A DNA stretch of 62,131 nucleotides, counting the filler, from Sluysia triapertura (lineage: Eukaryota), in NCBI GenBank assembly GCA_046118255.1. It is 5 parts of 5 records of this genome, joined end to end, with 100 filler letters (N's around TTAATTAATTAA, not from the genome) between each part and the next. Parts side by side here need not be neighbours in the genome. Positions count along the whole stretch, not along the records: positions 12,367 to 25,142 come from JBJNIA010082699.1; positions 25,243 to 37,566 come from JBJNIA010119306.1; 3 more parts are not named here. One strand, 5' to 3'. Under the pieces are notes generated by a model. That model had not been told where the DNA came from. It saw nothing but the letters and a program-made list of their open reading frames with translations, and did no database searches. Position numbers and translations under genes: made by a program. Shown here in pieces: positions 12,367 through 25,665 of this stretch; positions within the stretch are counted from its first letter, which is position 1; the number at the start of each line of letters is the position of its first letter.

Positions 12367-13968
12367 TTAAGTTTAATATAAAGTGATAATATTAATTGAG
12401 AAGTTCAGAATATTTATAAATTCTATAAAGAGATTTGAATTAAAATAAAGGACAAGAGTTTTTTTAAGTATAAAACAGTATTCAGACATTTAAATTTGAT
12501 AAAGGTTTGATAAGATAAAATTAAAGAGATAACAATATTTTTAAGATTTGGAAGAGACCAAAATAAATTTTACATTATACTATACTTACACAATTTATTA
12601 CATTATTAATAGATATTACAGTATTTTGTTATTAAAGGGCATGATAGTATAATAAAGTATTCGAATCAGTAAAAACCCTATAATAATAGCAGGTTATATA
12701 TGGGGCAGTAAATCATTACCAGAACTGAAATTCTACTGAACAAAACAGAAAGGAAAACAAATATAGTTTAAAACAAATGAAAATGATTTATTAGACGAAT
12801 ACTTAGCGTATCTTTATTGGTGAAATAGTGAATGAAAATAAGAATTCAAACAAGTGATTATGAAATCATGAAGTATTTTATGAAGTACTTGATTTAATTA
12901 TTTTTAACTAAGGGAAAATATCAATTCTGATCTTAGATTTCTTATAATAGTCAGAAAATGTAAAGTTTTGACTCCACTATATTTTAATAATAACTTTAGT
13001 AATTTCGTGTAATCCTACTTATTATTTATGCTCAAATAAACTTATACTGTCTTATTTTATGCGTCAACTTTTGGGATAAATCCTTTCGAATTTCTTTTTA
13101 ATTTCTAATTCAAATTGTAGTAAGTTAAAATTAAATAACCTGAACACACTAAGGTTTTATGGGCAATTATAAATATTATTACACAGCGTTTTATCTCTAG
13201 TGATAATGATAATTTTATTTTAAAAATGAAATTATCACTTGCCTAAACCAGCGTAGAATTAAGAGATTTTAAGTAATTACGTTATTCCTCACGTAAATGA
13301 GGTTTAAAACTTATTAATCAAAAACTTATGTTTAATTGAAAAATATCTAATATGCCGGGAGCATGAATATTAAATAATTATTTGAAGCACTGAGATACCG
13401 AATGTGTGTAACTGTCTGCGAATAAAGTTATGTACAATTAATCTTAAATAAATTCCACAAAAAATTACTCCACGAAGTCGTTTTATGACATGCAATTATT
13501 AACTTTTCTTTACGAATATGAACTTTTTATACTAAGCTAGTTATAATATTCCATTACAAAATAATTAAAGATACATTAGTGAAAAACAAATATTTCAATT
13601 TAGAAACGTTAATTTCTTAGAATATTTCAATTCTTAGTCTATTAATTGATATTTAATTGATATATACATTAAAAATTGTACAATATCCATTAGTTAAATG
13701 GATTTTTTATTTATTACAATTATTACTTTTTATTATTTACAGATTAATTTTAATGTTTATTATATAAACGTAAAGGTACAATCTAACAAATGATTCCAAC
13801 AGTCTATTTTGTTTTACTTAGATAAATACACTTCGCGATAATTTTTAAGCTATTTTTTGAATCCCCACTGATGTTAATTTTATTTTGGCTTTGTCTAAAT
13901 TATTTTACGTAAATTATAAAAGGTGTTTTAATTTTATTTTAATTTATTTCGTTACATTATTATTATTA

Positions 13969-13999
<31 letters not shown>

Positions 14000-14005
14000 A
14001 TTTAG

Positions 14006-14329
14006 AATAGAGTTTTACATCGTCAGTTGGTGCTTTTCAACAAGGCTACAATTTCGTATTACAATGGTGATTTAAATAGTCCCGAGAAGTCTGACACTGA
14101 AAAATTATTGTTAAGTTTGACACTTTCCATGAAAAATGCGAATTTTAATCCTCCAACTTGGCTGGAGCAATATGCAATCAATGACACATTAAATCAAGAA
14201 TATGAAAATACTACTCATACGAATCGAAGTCATTCATTCAGTAATACACGTGACCTTAACAATTATAATGGTAATTATGTTTCAAAACAATCACCAGATC
14301 GAACAGTGCCACATTACTCACCACATTAA
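14006..14329 (+). CDS. Arfaptin-family protein, terminal exon
   Basis: Acceptor tttag| then NRVLHRQLVLFNKATISYYNG...PPTWLEQ..., matching the arfaptin C-terminus (KVMHKQLLLFHNA.SAYFAG...PSWLEEQ). Ends in TAA. Confidence 0.8.
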   Translation, partial: NRVLHRQLVLFNKATISYYNGDLNSPEKSDTEKLLLSLTLSMKNANFNPPTWLEQYAINDTLNQEYENTTHTNRSHSFSNTRDLNNYNGNYVSKQSPDRTVPHYSPH

Positions 14330-16617
14330 ATTAATCCAGAGCACTAATACAGTGTGTTATTTCTATTACTTGGTAATATTGATACTTTTGTTTGGTGTTT
14401 GGGATCATATTATGTTTGTGTTTCAAAATTTCTATATCTGTTTATGTAAAAGCTCAATCACATAAAATACTATAATTTTATATATTTCATTAATTAATAT
14501 TTTATAGATAAACAAACTTTTTTTGATTTGTGAAATCTTGTATATAATGTGTCTTAGATATTAATAGGAAATCTGCTGGGTGCAACTGAATTGGTTTTTC
14601 TACATAATTATATGCATTTAGCTTTATAAAATGTGATCATTCATATTTGAAATATTGTTAAGTGCTACAGGGCTTGTCAGTGTTGGATTTTTTTCATATT
14701 AATTCAAAACTATTATTCAACCTAGTTTAGTTATAAAGCAGACAAAATCCTATCATAATTGATTGTATGGTTTATCAGGCGCTAGTATGCACAATCATTC
14801 ATACTTTCTCTAGGTTTTTTGAGACACAATATATATAAGACTTGTTAACGTGCTGCAGAATATAATAACTTACAATATATTTTACAACGTTAAATTCAAA
14901 ATCGAAATCGTGAAAGATTACATATTAAAGTTATAAATTATAAAAAAGAATATAATTTATTCTTTACCATTTATAATTTAACTAATTACCTAAAAAATTT
15001 TGTTAATAAATACGATTTGTAGAAAAATATCGTATGACAGTCTTAAAAAGCAATATTTTTATAAAAAGTAATAAAATAGAAATTCGCGAATCTTAAAAAC
15101 AAACATTATTTGTAATGAATTAAATAACAGAATAATTTAAATAAGCTAACTGATTTGTAATATTTAAATTTGTGGAATATTATTTTCATATGATATTTTG
15201 ACACAAAATTTTTCGATCTTGGAAACTTGAAGCTACTAAGAAGTTGGAATTTATTTTAGTTTTTAATTCCTTGTTATTTACTATCATAATCTGTTTTTCA
15301 ACTTGTGTTTCAAGGAGAAAAATTAACATTAACATGGTTTTTATATGATTTAATGTAACAAACTTTTGTCAACTATCAATTTTTTTCTTTAATGGCATTG
15401 TTCATTTAGTTTGTAATTATTTTTGAATAATTCTTATGATTTTAATTTTAATCTTTGTATTATAATAATTTATGTACTCTTAAATTAATATAATTATTAA
15501 TGCCCTAATTGAAATTTTTTTTTTTAAAAAATCAAGAGCATTAGTGTCAAAATATGCACATGTTAACAAGAATGTTTTGCATTGTATATATGTATATATA
15601 TGTATGTATAGGGTACATTTACATTTTGTTTTTAATCATTTCACTATAATTAATAATGAATAAGATTATCGTAGTAATTGCAGTAATTGTTTGTAAAGAA
15701 AATTTAAGCGTGACAATAGAGCTTGATTTGTAATAATTTAAACACAATTGTTTAACAATATTTGAGAAAAATATATTTAATTTTTTTTCTAATATATTAA
15801 TATAAATAAAGTTCGTTTTTCTTTAATATATTTTTATGAATATTTTAATATGTTTTCTCAAATATGTCATAATTGATTCAAACTTTTCTGGTTGAGAACG
15901 TTTTGTAAATTTAATTAGATGTGCTGAAAATAAAGGAAAGTAACAATGATATTCAAATAATTGGAAACTCTTAATGTAGTAAATAGATTCTTTAACATCC
16001 AATAACTATGAAAATGTCGCATCGAGAAAGAAGGTTAGAATGAGACTAAAAATAATTTGTAAAATGATCATCAAGTGCTAAATCTTGTGTTAGAAAAGAA
16101 TTAAATTTGCCATAAACATTGTTGAAATTTACTTTACATGAGCTATGCTATTACAAATATTTTTGGTATCGATCGCAATTTCAATTTGGGTTGCTTTTGA
16201 GAAATAGCTTACGTTTCGTAGAGTTTATAAATGACAAGAAGTCACTTAAGTACCAAAAAGCTATAGAAAACTGTTTAATTCAAAATGTGCAAGATTCAGG
16301 TTAATTAGAAATTTATTAATTTACCAAAGGATAGTCGCTCTCTCACGCATCAAAAAGTTCAAAGAAATATCTAGAAAACAAATTACGTAAAATATTACCG
16401 CGACCGGCTAATTTCCAGACTTATATCCAATATAAAATATCAGAAAAATTATAGCTAAATAGATGATTTGTAGAAATACTCAATATTATTTATAGAAACC
16501 GCTTTAGTGATGGTGTTTATCAATCAATAAATTGTAAAGAAAAACATAGTTATTTTATTTTGTTTATAATGAAGTAATATATTATTGTTTAATAAATTTA
16601 ATAATGTATTAAAATGA

Positions 16618-17343
16618 AATAAAGAAGTAAATTCATACCATCCTTTGCAAACCGCTGCCAGGTTAATAGCGACTTTGGGACCACCGGAAGCTCCATCTCA
16701 ACCAACTATTTCGTTCCATGTACGTTTTACAAAACACAGAAAATTAATAGTTCTATTGTCATGGAAACCAGCGGAATACGATCATATTGATGATTTAATA
16801 TACAGAATAGATATACGTAGTAGTGAGTTTGTTTATAGTGCCTGGAAAATTTGTGGATACACAGTAGATAATAGGTTTATTTTGGATCAAGACGCATTTG
16901 TTGAGTCAGATTTAAAGTCGATTTTGTCCGGATATTGTATTGCTCGAGTAATAGCGACAAATAAATACGGATGCAGTACTTACAGTGTCGCGTCCGGTAT
17001 TTTTCATGTAAACACATTTAATCATGATCGGAAATCAGAATTATCAAGTCAATATCTAGATCAATTAAAACCAATTATACCAGACTTGGCATGGACTGTA
17101 GCTAAATATAATCCTCGTCAAGCTCTATCAGAACGAGAACTACTTCAAGATCAATTAGATATTTCCAATTATGGATTATTTGAACAGGAAAATTTCGAAA
17201 GTAAAGTAAATACATTAACTGGTAAATTTAATATTGAAAATTCAATTAATCAATCCATAGAGAACTTTATAGAAAAACATTATTCACTAGAACATGCTTT
17301 TTTTCTCAACATCTAATTTGAAGTTGCTAAAGGAAAAAGCTGA
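16618..17343 (+). pseudogene. Ig-tail/FN3/kinase-start fragment of an obscurin/UNC-89/SPEG/Trio-type protein
   Basis: 223-aa ORF with FN3 hallmarks: PPEAPSQPTI, LSWKP, YRIDIR...WK, YCIARVIATNKYGCSTYS. The upstream NSYHPLQTAARL resembles the end of an Ig I-set domain. FIEKHYSL and a frameshifted FEVAKGK resemble the start of a kinase domain. No clear splice sites. Confidence 0.65.
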
Positions 17344-17511
17344 AAAGTCAACTAAATTCTCCTCTTTTCTTGTAGTAGCATCACCTAGTAATTTTTTATT
17401 AATAATAATTACTTACTTAACTTTTACCATTTTTTTTGCTACAATGAAAACTTCGTTATAATTTCCTATTGATTATCTAATTAATTACTTAATAATTATT
17501 TACTCTGATCT

Positions 17512-19390
17512 TCATTTTGGATATATTGTTTGGAAACATAAATTTTTCTGAAAGACATAATAATGTAAAATATTCTGTACATACATAATTTTTCTGAAAA
17601 ATAAATGATAATAATAAAAATAAAAATTACTTATGTTTGATGTAATTAAAAAATAATTTAATGTTACTGTAGTGCATCTTAGTGCATAACACACCATTTG
17701 CTTTATTGATTTTAATCCATATTTATACCAATTACTTAGGCAACACTTCATAGAAATGTTAGTGATTTTAGCAATATTGCTTTGTATCTTTGCATATATG
17801 GTTTGTCGTAATGCTTTAAAGGTAATTTGTGGTCTTAATATTATCATTGATTCTGCGCTAACTATACTTTGTCATGCATATACATGCTAACATTACAGAC
17901 TGTAGGCTTGTCATTTGCCAACCACCATACATTATTGATGATTTATTACCTGTTGTGTATTCGTAGACAAGGGGTTGTGCTATTGGAAATACTGGTGGTG
18001 GCTCAAGATTATTTCTGTGTGGAATAGTATGTCGATCATCATCGTCATTATTTGGAGGTAAGCATGGATATCTACACCTATTTGACACAAACATAATGAT
18101 TACCAATACAACTATATTGCAGCTAAAATTAATATTAACAATGCTGGATCATTTCTCAACATTTTCTGATAATGATAAATATTTTCGAGTTCCTTTTAGT
18201 GCAAAATGTAATTGTTCTAATTTCGCTGGTGCTACATATATTGCAATAATATGTCGCTCTTCGTTAGCTAAGAAATCGGTACATATGGCAATGGGATTAG
18301 CCAAATTAATATAATATTCCTTTATGTTCCAAGAACTAAAGTTAAGTCTAGCTGGTTTTAAACTCATAAATATCATTCTGTAGTACTTTAACTCTTACTT
18401 CAGTATCATAATTTCGAAATTCAAGATATTCGGTCATATGTGTTACATAGAATCATGGTAATTATCGAAACTAGCATTAGAGATATCGATTTTTTATTGA
18501 TTGCTACTATTCCTATTTTCTTACTAAAAATCCCTATCATGATCCAAAGTGCATATATTACTATAAGAATTACTGAAATAGGGATTAGTTTATATGTTAA
18601 TGTGACAATGTTAGGCAGTGTGTCTTTCATTCTCAATTTTAGATGTACAGTTATTCTCATATTTATTCATTGAAATATTCTGCACTAAATTTTTCACCTT
18701 TCTCGTGTTTCGTTTTTCATCCAATGCGAATGATATTATCATTGGTCTATATGCGAATTGTAAACAACGCGGAATATTATCTATATGATGTGGTTTACCT
18801 ATTAACAATGGTTCTAAATAAATGCAGTAAATGTCAAATTTATGTCTTAAAAACATTTTCTTCGAAGTACATTTTATTTCCCAATACTCATTATAGATGT
18901 TTGTAATTAATATCTTTTGTTATTTCCCATTATTAATGGCAGCATATAAATTTCTATATTCCTCGTCATCTTCAATATCTATAGCTTTAGCAAAATCAAT
19001 TAGAAATAAGAAAATAACTATAATTATTAATAATATTGTCCACCGTGATTTCTTGTGATTACTTGTCTTGGTAAATGTAAGTATTAATTGTGGAAGTATT
19101 AATTGTGCACCTTGAGGAAATTTTATAAGAAATTTTTTAATGTATGACTGTGTCATCTAATTTATCGAGTATGTCTAAGCCTATTATTAAGTCAAAAGGT
19201 GATTATTTCCAAACATAGATATATTCATTTATTTGTTTGTCTAATATGTCCAAATGTGCGTGTATTTGCTCCGTCTATATTTATCGGTATCCGCTGTACA
19301 TTATAAGATATTGTTAGCGGTGGATCCAAGAATACAATTTCCCATGTGGTCAAAAAATTAATGTATTACCGATACAAATTCAGTTTTGAA
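17512..19390 (-). mobile_element. Decayed retroelement-like polyprotein: retropepsin-like segment followed by a signal/TM helix and a Cys-containing env-like region
   Basis: ~19160-19300 reads ...NEYIYVWK*SPFDLIIGLDILDKL, similar to the retropepsin C-terminal D.ILG.D.L motif. It is followed by KKSRWTILLIIIVIFLFLIDFAKA|ID and ~1.4 kb of frame-broken coding-like ORFs. Confidence 0.45.
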
Positions 19391-22300
19391 TTTAATTTTT
19401 GAAAATTTGCAAAAACATTTAACAAATTAAGTATATTTTTTGAAAAATGCTAATGTAAAATATTTTATTTTATATATTATTATTTTGTTTTTTGGAATAT
19501 TTCAAAATTAGTTTTGTGGGTGACACCCTCCCAATTTAATTTTTAAAACATTTTGAATTAATTATTTGATTTTTAGGGTTTATAAGTTAACTTTGTGGGA
19601 GACACTCCACCCAATTTATTTTTAAAAAATTTAATCATTAGTATTTTAAACTTTCTGGGTATTGATAATTTTAGCATTTGCTGCGTCACTCCTGGTTTCT
19701 TTAGATAGATTGTTATATCCTTGATACTTTTATAATATTATTGTTAATTTCGTCATTTTAGTCATTTTTAGTATTGTTTAGTGGAGATTTATAAAAATAA
19801 TAATAATAATTTGTATTTGATTTTTGTTTAACCAATAAATTGTTGTGTTATTGATTTGATTTTCAAAAACTTGATTTTGGATTGAATAATTATTATCAAA
19901 GTAAGAGAACTACTGAAAATTTAAACTTCATTTAGTGAGCACATAAATTGAGATTATTTTTATGCTAATTACATTGTTATTGATTTATCATGGCTAATAA
20001 TTTCTAAAGACGCAACAAATACGACTTATTCAAAAAATTCACCGCTGGGTCCATTACAATACATTTTCCTGGACTAAAAATCCAGCTTTTCAATAATTGA
20101 ACATTGTTATTGACTAAATTAATACTTGTAGTTGGTTTAGTTGTTAAAAACGCAGTAGTCATAAGTATATTACATTGAAATAAACACAATATGGCGGTTA
20201 AAACTGTGTTGGTAAAAGATTTGTAAAACAAAATGACGACTAAATAACTTGTGATGCTTTATAATTAATTATGGCTACTTATATAAACCAACAGCCAATC
20301 ATAAGTGAGTAGAATTCTAGATTGCTCCAGAACATTATGTAAGTGTCTTTATCAAAAAACTTAATCTACTTACAAAATATCTAAGGTTTCGGTCTGCCTA
20401 ATAGACACTGTTGGAGCTTTTTATTAGGATTTTAATTACTTTTAAACTTATAGGTCAACTACGCTTTATAATGTGTATATCTGAATTAGTTGCTTACTGG
20501 AAATTATTTAATTAGGTTAAATTTCACAACAGAAATGAATTTGTATTTGCGCAACCATTCTTAACGTGTTGCTTTAAAAAATGTAAAATTAAGATTAAAA
20601 ATTAATTTAATAAATTTTTAAATCCCTCTAGTATATGAAGACAAATTAATTCACTTAAGGTATATTATTTATAATTAAGAATACTTAGAAAGTTTAATGG
20701 GTATAAAAAATTATAATAATGATAAAAATTTTATGAACAAGCTCAACCTAGGATGGCTGTTATTTAAGTTTAGTAATAACATTCGCAACCCTTCTTAAGG
20801 TCTTGCATAAAACAATTTACATTTCCTGTATTTTTATTATTCCCTTACGGTGAATAAATTCTATGTAACAAAAATTACTTGTGCATGGGGAACCAAAAAT
20901 GAATCGAATTAAATATTCTAAAAATTTCTGAGAAAACTCTTAATTTCTAAAAATATATTTTTTAGTTGAAATTAAATTTATATTATGATTCTCCATTTTG
21001 TTAATAATTAGTTAAAACAAAAAAATTAAAAATAAATTTTATTAAACTTTTTATTAAATTTATTAATATTTAATATATTTTTTATTTTACAAATTCTATT
21101 TTAATTTATTTAATATTTACACAAATAAAATATTTAGAATAAGAATACAAAATGAACTCTGACAATTCTAGAAACTTTCTATTTTTAGAAAATAAGATTA
21201 ATGTTATAAGTTGTTTTTTAGTATTAAAGGGTTGCGATGACAACCTGACACAAGTTAAAAATAGATGTGTGGGACCATGTAGGTACAAAAATCACAATTA
21301 CTTTATATGTTAAGTACAGTTTATTAAAGGCGATTGAATTCCGTATTCTGATTTTATTGAATAAATTCTTACAATGGAGATTGATGTCACATTTACTCAA
21401 TAATGGATTAAAAACTGCTTCAATTTTATTATAATAATAATTCTTCAGCAGTTTGTAAGGTATTAGAATTTCTCGTGTGTGTACATGAATAAAAGTGGAA
21501 TTACTTATTATGTTCAGTTACAATCCATATATTAAAACGGTAAGCGAGCCTGTAGCTGTGGGAACGATTGCTCAACGTATATGCTAATATCTATGACATA
21601 TGTTTTAACGTGTGCACTGACGCTAATTATCTTATAGTTAATATAATTTTTAAGAGGGTTTCGATATTATCTCAATTTCATTTTATAAAATCAAATTTAT
21701 TCACGAAAAATAAAAATAAAAGCAGATTAATTTTGTGTCTCGCTCAACACATTTTAAATTAAATCGAGCGAAAGATTTTTACTCGATATATTTCGAGTAT
21801 GATTTTAAAATTTCACCATTTCAAATTGAATCTTACAATTTAATGAATTTTGAATAAAATTTAAACAAATAAAAAATGAAATTTTGTCACTGAAATATCG
21901 TCGATCAGTATTTATATTGGTATTTATCAAATAGCATTTGCTCAACAAGAAGAATATTCATTCTCTCGATATTTTTATTTCTTCAGTTATCGTTATTCTG
22001 TTCGAAAAAACTGTTTTGTGTAGTGTTTTTGTCAGTACTTCGATATTATATTGTGGTCAATTAATGTTTTATTTTCATTCTTCATGAGTTAGTATTCATT
22101 TATACCATTGTTTTTTGCGCTCTCTTCGTAATTAGTATATCAGATTTCGAACTTGTGTTCCTTATTGATTACTAAACTATTTTCGAATTTTTTGAATATG
22201 TTTTTCGATCGAATTGATTGAGTTTATTTTGATTGCAATAATTTTATTTTAATTAATTAGTTATTATTATTATTAATTATATAACATTTTCCGGGCATTT

Positions 22301-22472
22301 TCTATATTTTCTTCATATTCTCTGTTTCATCAATGTTTTATGTATTCTAAGATCTTTATTCAAGCCTTATGAAACACGTTGTATTCAAGATGCGATAAAT
22401 TTAAAAAGTGTCTTGTTTTATTTTGCAATAAATGAAAATTATCTATGTTATATAAAATTATATAATATTTAG

Positions 22473-22743
22473 GTATCTGGGATGTGAAGGTCAAATAACG
22501 CCTTTGATGTTGTCTGTACTGTTAGTCATGTGTTCTATTTTATTTTGGAAGCGACTGTTTCATCAACTGATTCCCGATTTGAATGCCCAGTACCTTTTGT
22601 TGTCACATGGAATCGGATTGGGTTTAACTTTGGTCTGGTCTGCATTTCTAATCGACGATGCTATGATGAGAAAGAAATATCCCGGTATTTTCTACGTCCC
22701 TGAACCATGGGCCGTATATTCAGCTCGATTTGGTATCGTTTAA
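22473..22743 (+). CDS. CLN6: CLN6 (ceroid-lipofuscinosis neuronal protein 6) homolog, terminal exon
   Basis: Acceptor tttag|G TAT CTG. Encodes YLGCEGQI...PDLNAQYL...DDAMMRKKYPGIFYVPEPWAVYS, versus CLN6 YLVTEGQI...LDSNGLFL...[23 protein letters not shown]. TAA stop. Confidence 0.93.
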
Positions 22744-22812
22744 ATCGCAGGTCGCAAGAAATCTATTATTACTACTACTAATAATAATAATAAAAATAAT
22801 AATAATAATAAT

Positions 22813-22852
<40 letters not shown>

Positions 22853-22869
22853 TTGTAGTGAATAGAATT

Positions 22870-23010
22870 TGAATGTTTTTTCTAGATGTGCACAATGATC
22901 AAATGTCTTCGAGATTTTCAAAAACGTTAATAATGTTATCTTCCAGCTTCTACTCAATATAGCAAGTCGATGGTATCTAAATTCTGTGTATTGCGTTCTT
23001 AATATCACTT
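22870..23010 (-). mobile_element. Non-LTR retrotransposon RT fragment
   Basis: ILRTQYTEFR...TFLKISKTFDHCAH resembles the RT motifs QYGFR and FLD.SKAFD.V.H. It abuts an (AAT)n tract. Confidence 0.5.
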
Positions 23011-24249
23011 ATTTAATAAGTACCACTAACGGGAACACATTGCTAAGTTTCGACAAGGAAACTGTTTTTGGAAAAGCAGTGATGAAATAGATAGACCAAC
23101 AAAGTGAATAAATTCCCAGTGGTAACAAGTGGTGCGATTTTGCAAAATTTAAACTTAAGCTCACAAATAAATAGTTTAAAGATGGTGAGTCCGCTACAAC
23201 ACTTGTCTTATGCACTTAAGGGCTAATTCGTAGGATTTTTAAATAAATATTAGCAGAAGGTGGTAGCTTACTCTATTATTCGATTGGATTTTTTATATTG
23301 GAAAACAAATTATATATCTGAGGCTTATCTAATTATTGGAGTTAATGTTGTATGGGTTTCAATTTATTTAGGGTTGCAATTTGTCGGTTTTGATTTTGTC
23401 AAACAATGAAGTTATTAATTTACGGATCCGTATTAAAAGGAAATAATTTACTACCGAACAAAAATCGGTTGAGAAATTTATGTTAAATTTACCTATTCGA
23501 ATTAAAAGATCCTACAAAGTAAATTCTTGTTCTTACTAATTATCTATTGATAGTTTCATTAGCAGTTAATTCAACTTCTTTCTTATAAATCCTAATTGTA
23601 ACGTCGCTCAGACTTAAATCGTTTAAATTAGGCGAGCTTTTCTGTAAGTGTAAGTGTAAGATTTCATAAGTAAAATACTTGCATTCTTATTATTTACGAC
23701 ATTATTATTATTATCGTTATCCAATATCCTACTGTCAGACACAAGAAACTACCTCGAATTTAGATTGCGTAACTTACTGAAAACACCTATTAATTGTAAT
23801 TTATGTAGAAATTTATTTGAAGGATTATTTAACATTCATAACAATACAAATTTAAAATCAACATAAACTCTACTTAAAATCTTTAATATTTTTGTAAATT
23901 TTTATACCGTATAAAATACTTTCTAAATTTCAACACTCAAATATTAATTAATAAATTAATATTTTTTAATAATTTAAATATCCTTATTCATAACTTCATA
24001 AATTGAATTAACATTATTTATTGAATAATATTACAAAATACATACTACTTATCACAATAACAAATTTGCTTAGTTACGCCCTAAGGATTTAATACACTCT
24101 TTTATCTACAAAGTTTTCGGTGTATAGTTGTTCATTTTAGTTTAGTGTATTTATAAACATTATATACTTTGTCTATTGAATTATTATTTTGTATATTTAC
24201 TTCTTATAAATTACTTTAATAAATTTTTGTGTTGATAGTTTATTACTTC

Positions 24250-25060
24250 AATACAATTCCGTAGAACTGTATTTGGCTGAAATGTCAATACGTAGCAGAC
24301 AGCATCAAATTGGTTCTTGAGATAACTTTGACCTCACAAATGAGGCATGCGGTTGTCTAGAATCAAAAGTTAATTAAGACAAAATAAAGGTCACCATTTA
24401 GTCCGGCTAATCTCAGATTGCTTATGAATTAGAGTTGAAGTTTCGTGTTAGCAAACAAAAAAAATTAACTGATTTAACTCAAATCAGTAAAGTAAAAATG
24501 TTGGATACGAGAGTTCAACATTAACTGAATAAAAAACGCAAACAAAAGCGTTTGGAAGCTTTCTTGATGGTGCTTTCATCAAAAAAGCTAATGATTAGTG
24601 TTTGGTCATGTAGCGTAAGTGTTACCCATTATGATTTCATGAAATCTGACTCATAACAAAAATATAGAGCAACAAACTGGACAAGATGATGCAAAAATTT
24701 AAAGAAAAACAACCTATATTGGTAAACAAATAGACTCTTTTGTTAATGCACAAACGACTGACAAATCTAAAGGAATTGGAATTGTAACTTCATCATTCTC
24801 TATACTCACCAAACCTATCCCCAGTGACACCTACCAATTATTCCACAAGAGAAAAACAATTTAATTCCCAGAATGCTGTAAAACTGGCCTTCCAGGAATT
24901 CATTGACTCTTGTCTGTAAGGGCTTTTTATACCACTGGCCTAGACAAACTGCCACTTAAATGGCAAGTGTACAGATAATATGGGTGCACAATTTGATGAA
25001 TGAAACAAAACCTTCTATTTATAAGATATCCATCAACTTTGCTTTTTTTATACAAATTTC
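24250..25060 (+). mobile_element. Decayed mariner (DD34D) transposon
   Basis: Frame-broken VW....V.HYDFMKS, HHSLYSPNLSPSD.Y.LF, AFQEFIDS, FYTTGLDKLPLKWQ.C...MGAQFDE. Confidence 0.8.
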
Positions 25061-25067
25061 ATCCTTG

Positions 25068-25132
<65 letters not shown>

Positions 25133-25142
25133 TATTAATTTA

Positions 25143-25242
25143 NNNNNNNNNNNNNNNNNNNNNNNNNNNNNNNNNNNNNNNNNNNNTTAATTAATTAANN
25201 NNNNNNNNNNNNNNNNNNNNNNNNNNNNNNNNNNNNNNNNNN
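25143..25242. other. Artificial contig linker
   Basis: N44-TTAATTAATTAA-N44. Confidence 0.97.
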
Positions 25243-25332
25243 TTATTATTATTATTATTGGTTTTATTAGTATTTTGTTATAATTATTTTACCACTAATT
25301 TTGTCATAAAATCATCATTGTCAATTGTATCT

Positions 25333-25498
25333 GTCACTAGTTGATGGATTTAAATGAGAAAACTACAATTCACCACTACGAGTGTCAACTAGTGGCCGTT
25401 TCTGTGCGCAGATGTTCAATAAGAATTATTGTCAGTTAAGTGGACATCCAATCAGTTCTGTCATACAAATTACTTCTGTTCTCCTGATTGGATGCCCA
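25333..25498 (+). promoter_or_regulatory. Double stem-loop upstream element, copy B
   Basis: IR cactagttga/tcaactagtg (25335-25344/25385-25394) and IR tggacatccaatcag/ctgattggatgccca (25441-25455/25484-25498, 14/15), ~168 nt before the ATG at 25666. Confidence 0.6.
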
Positions 25499-25665
25499 AT
25501 GGTTGTAATTCACTGTGGCTGTTACTAAAAGTAAACACTAAAGAGAACAAAAACTTAATCAACACAAAAAATTGTTACTAATACAGAATCAGAAACAAGA
25601 ATTTTTAATTTTTATAAAACAAATTATAAAATTTCAATTTAGTTCTTGATATCTATATTATTATA

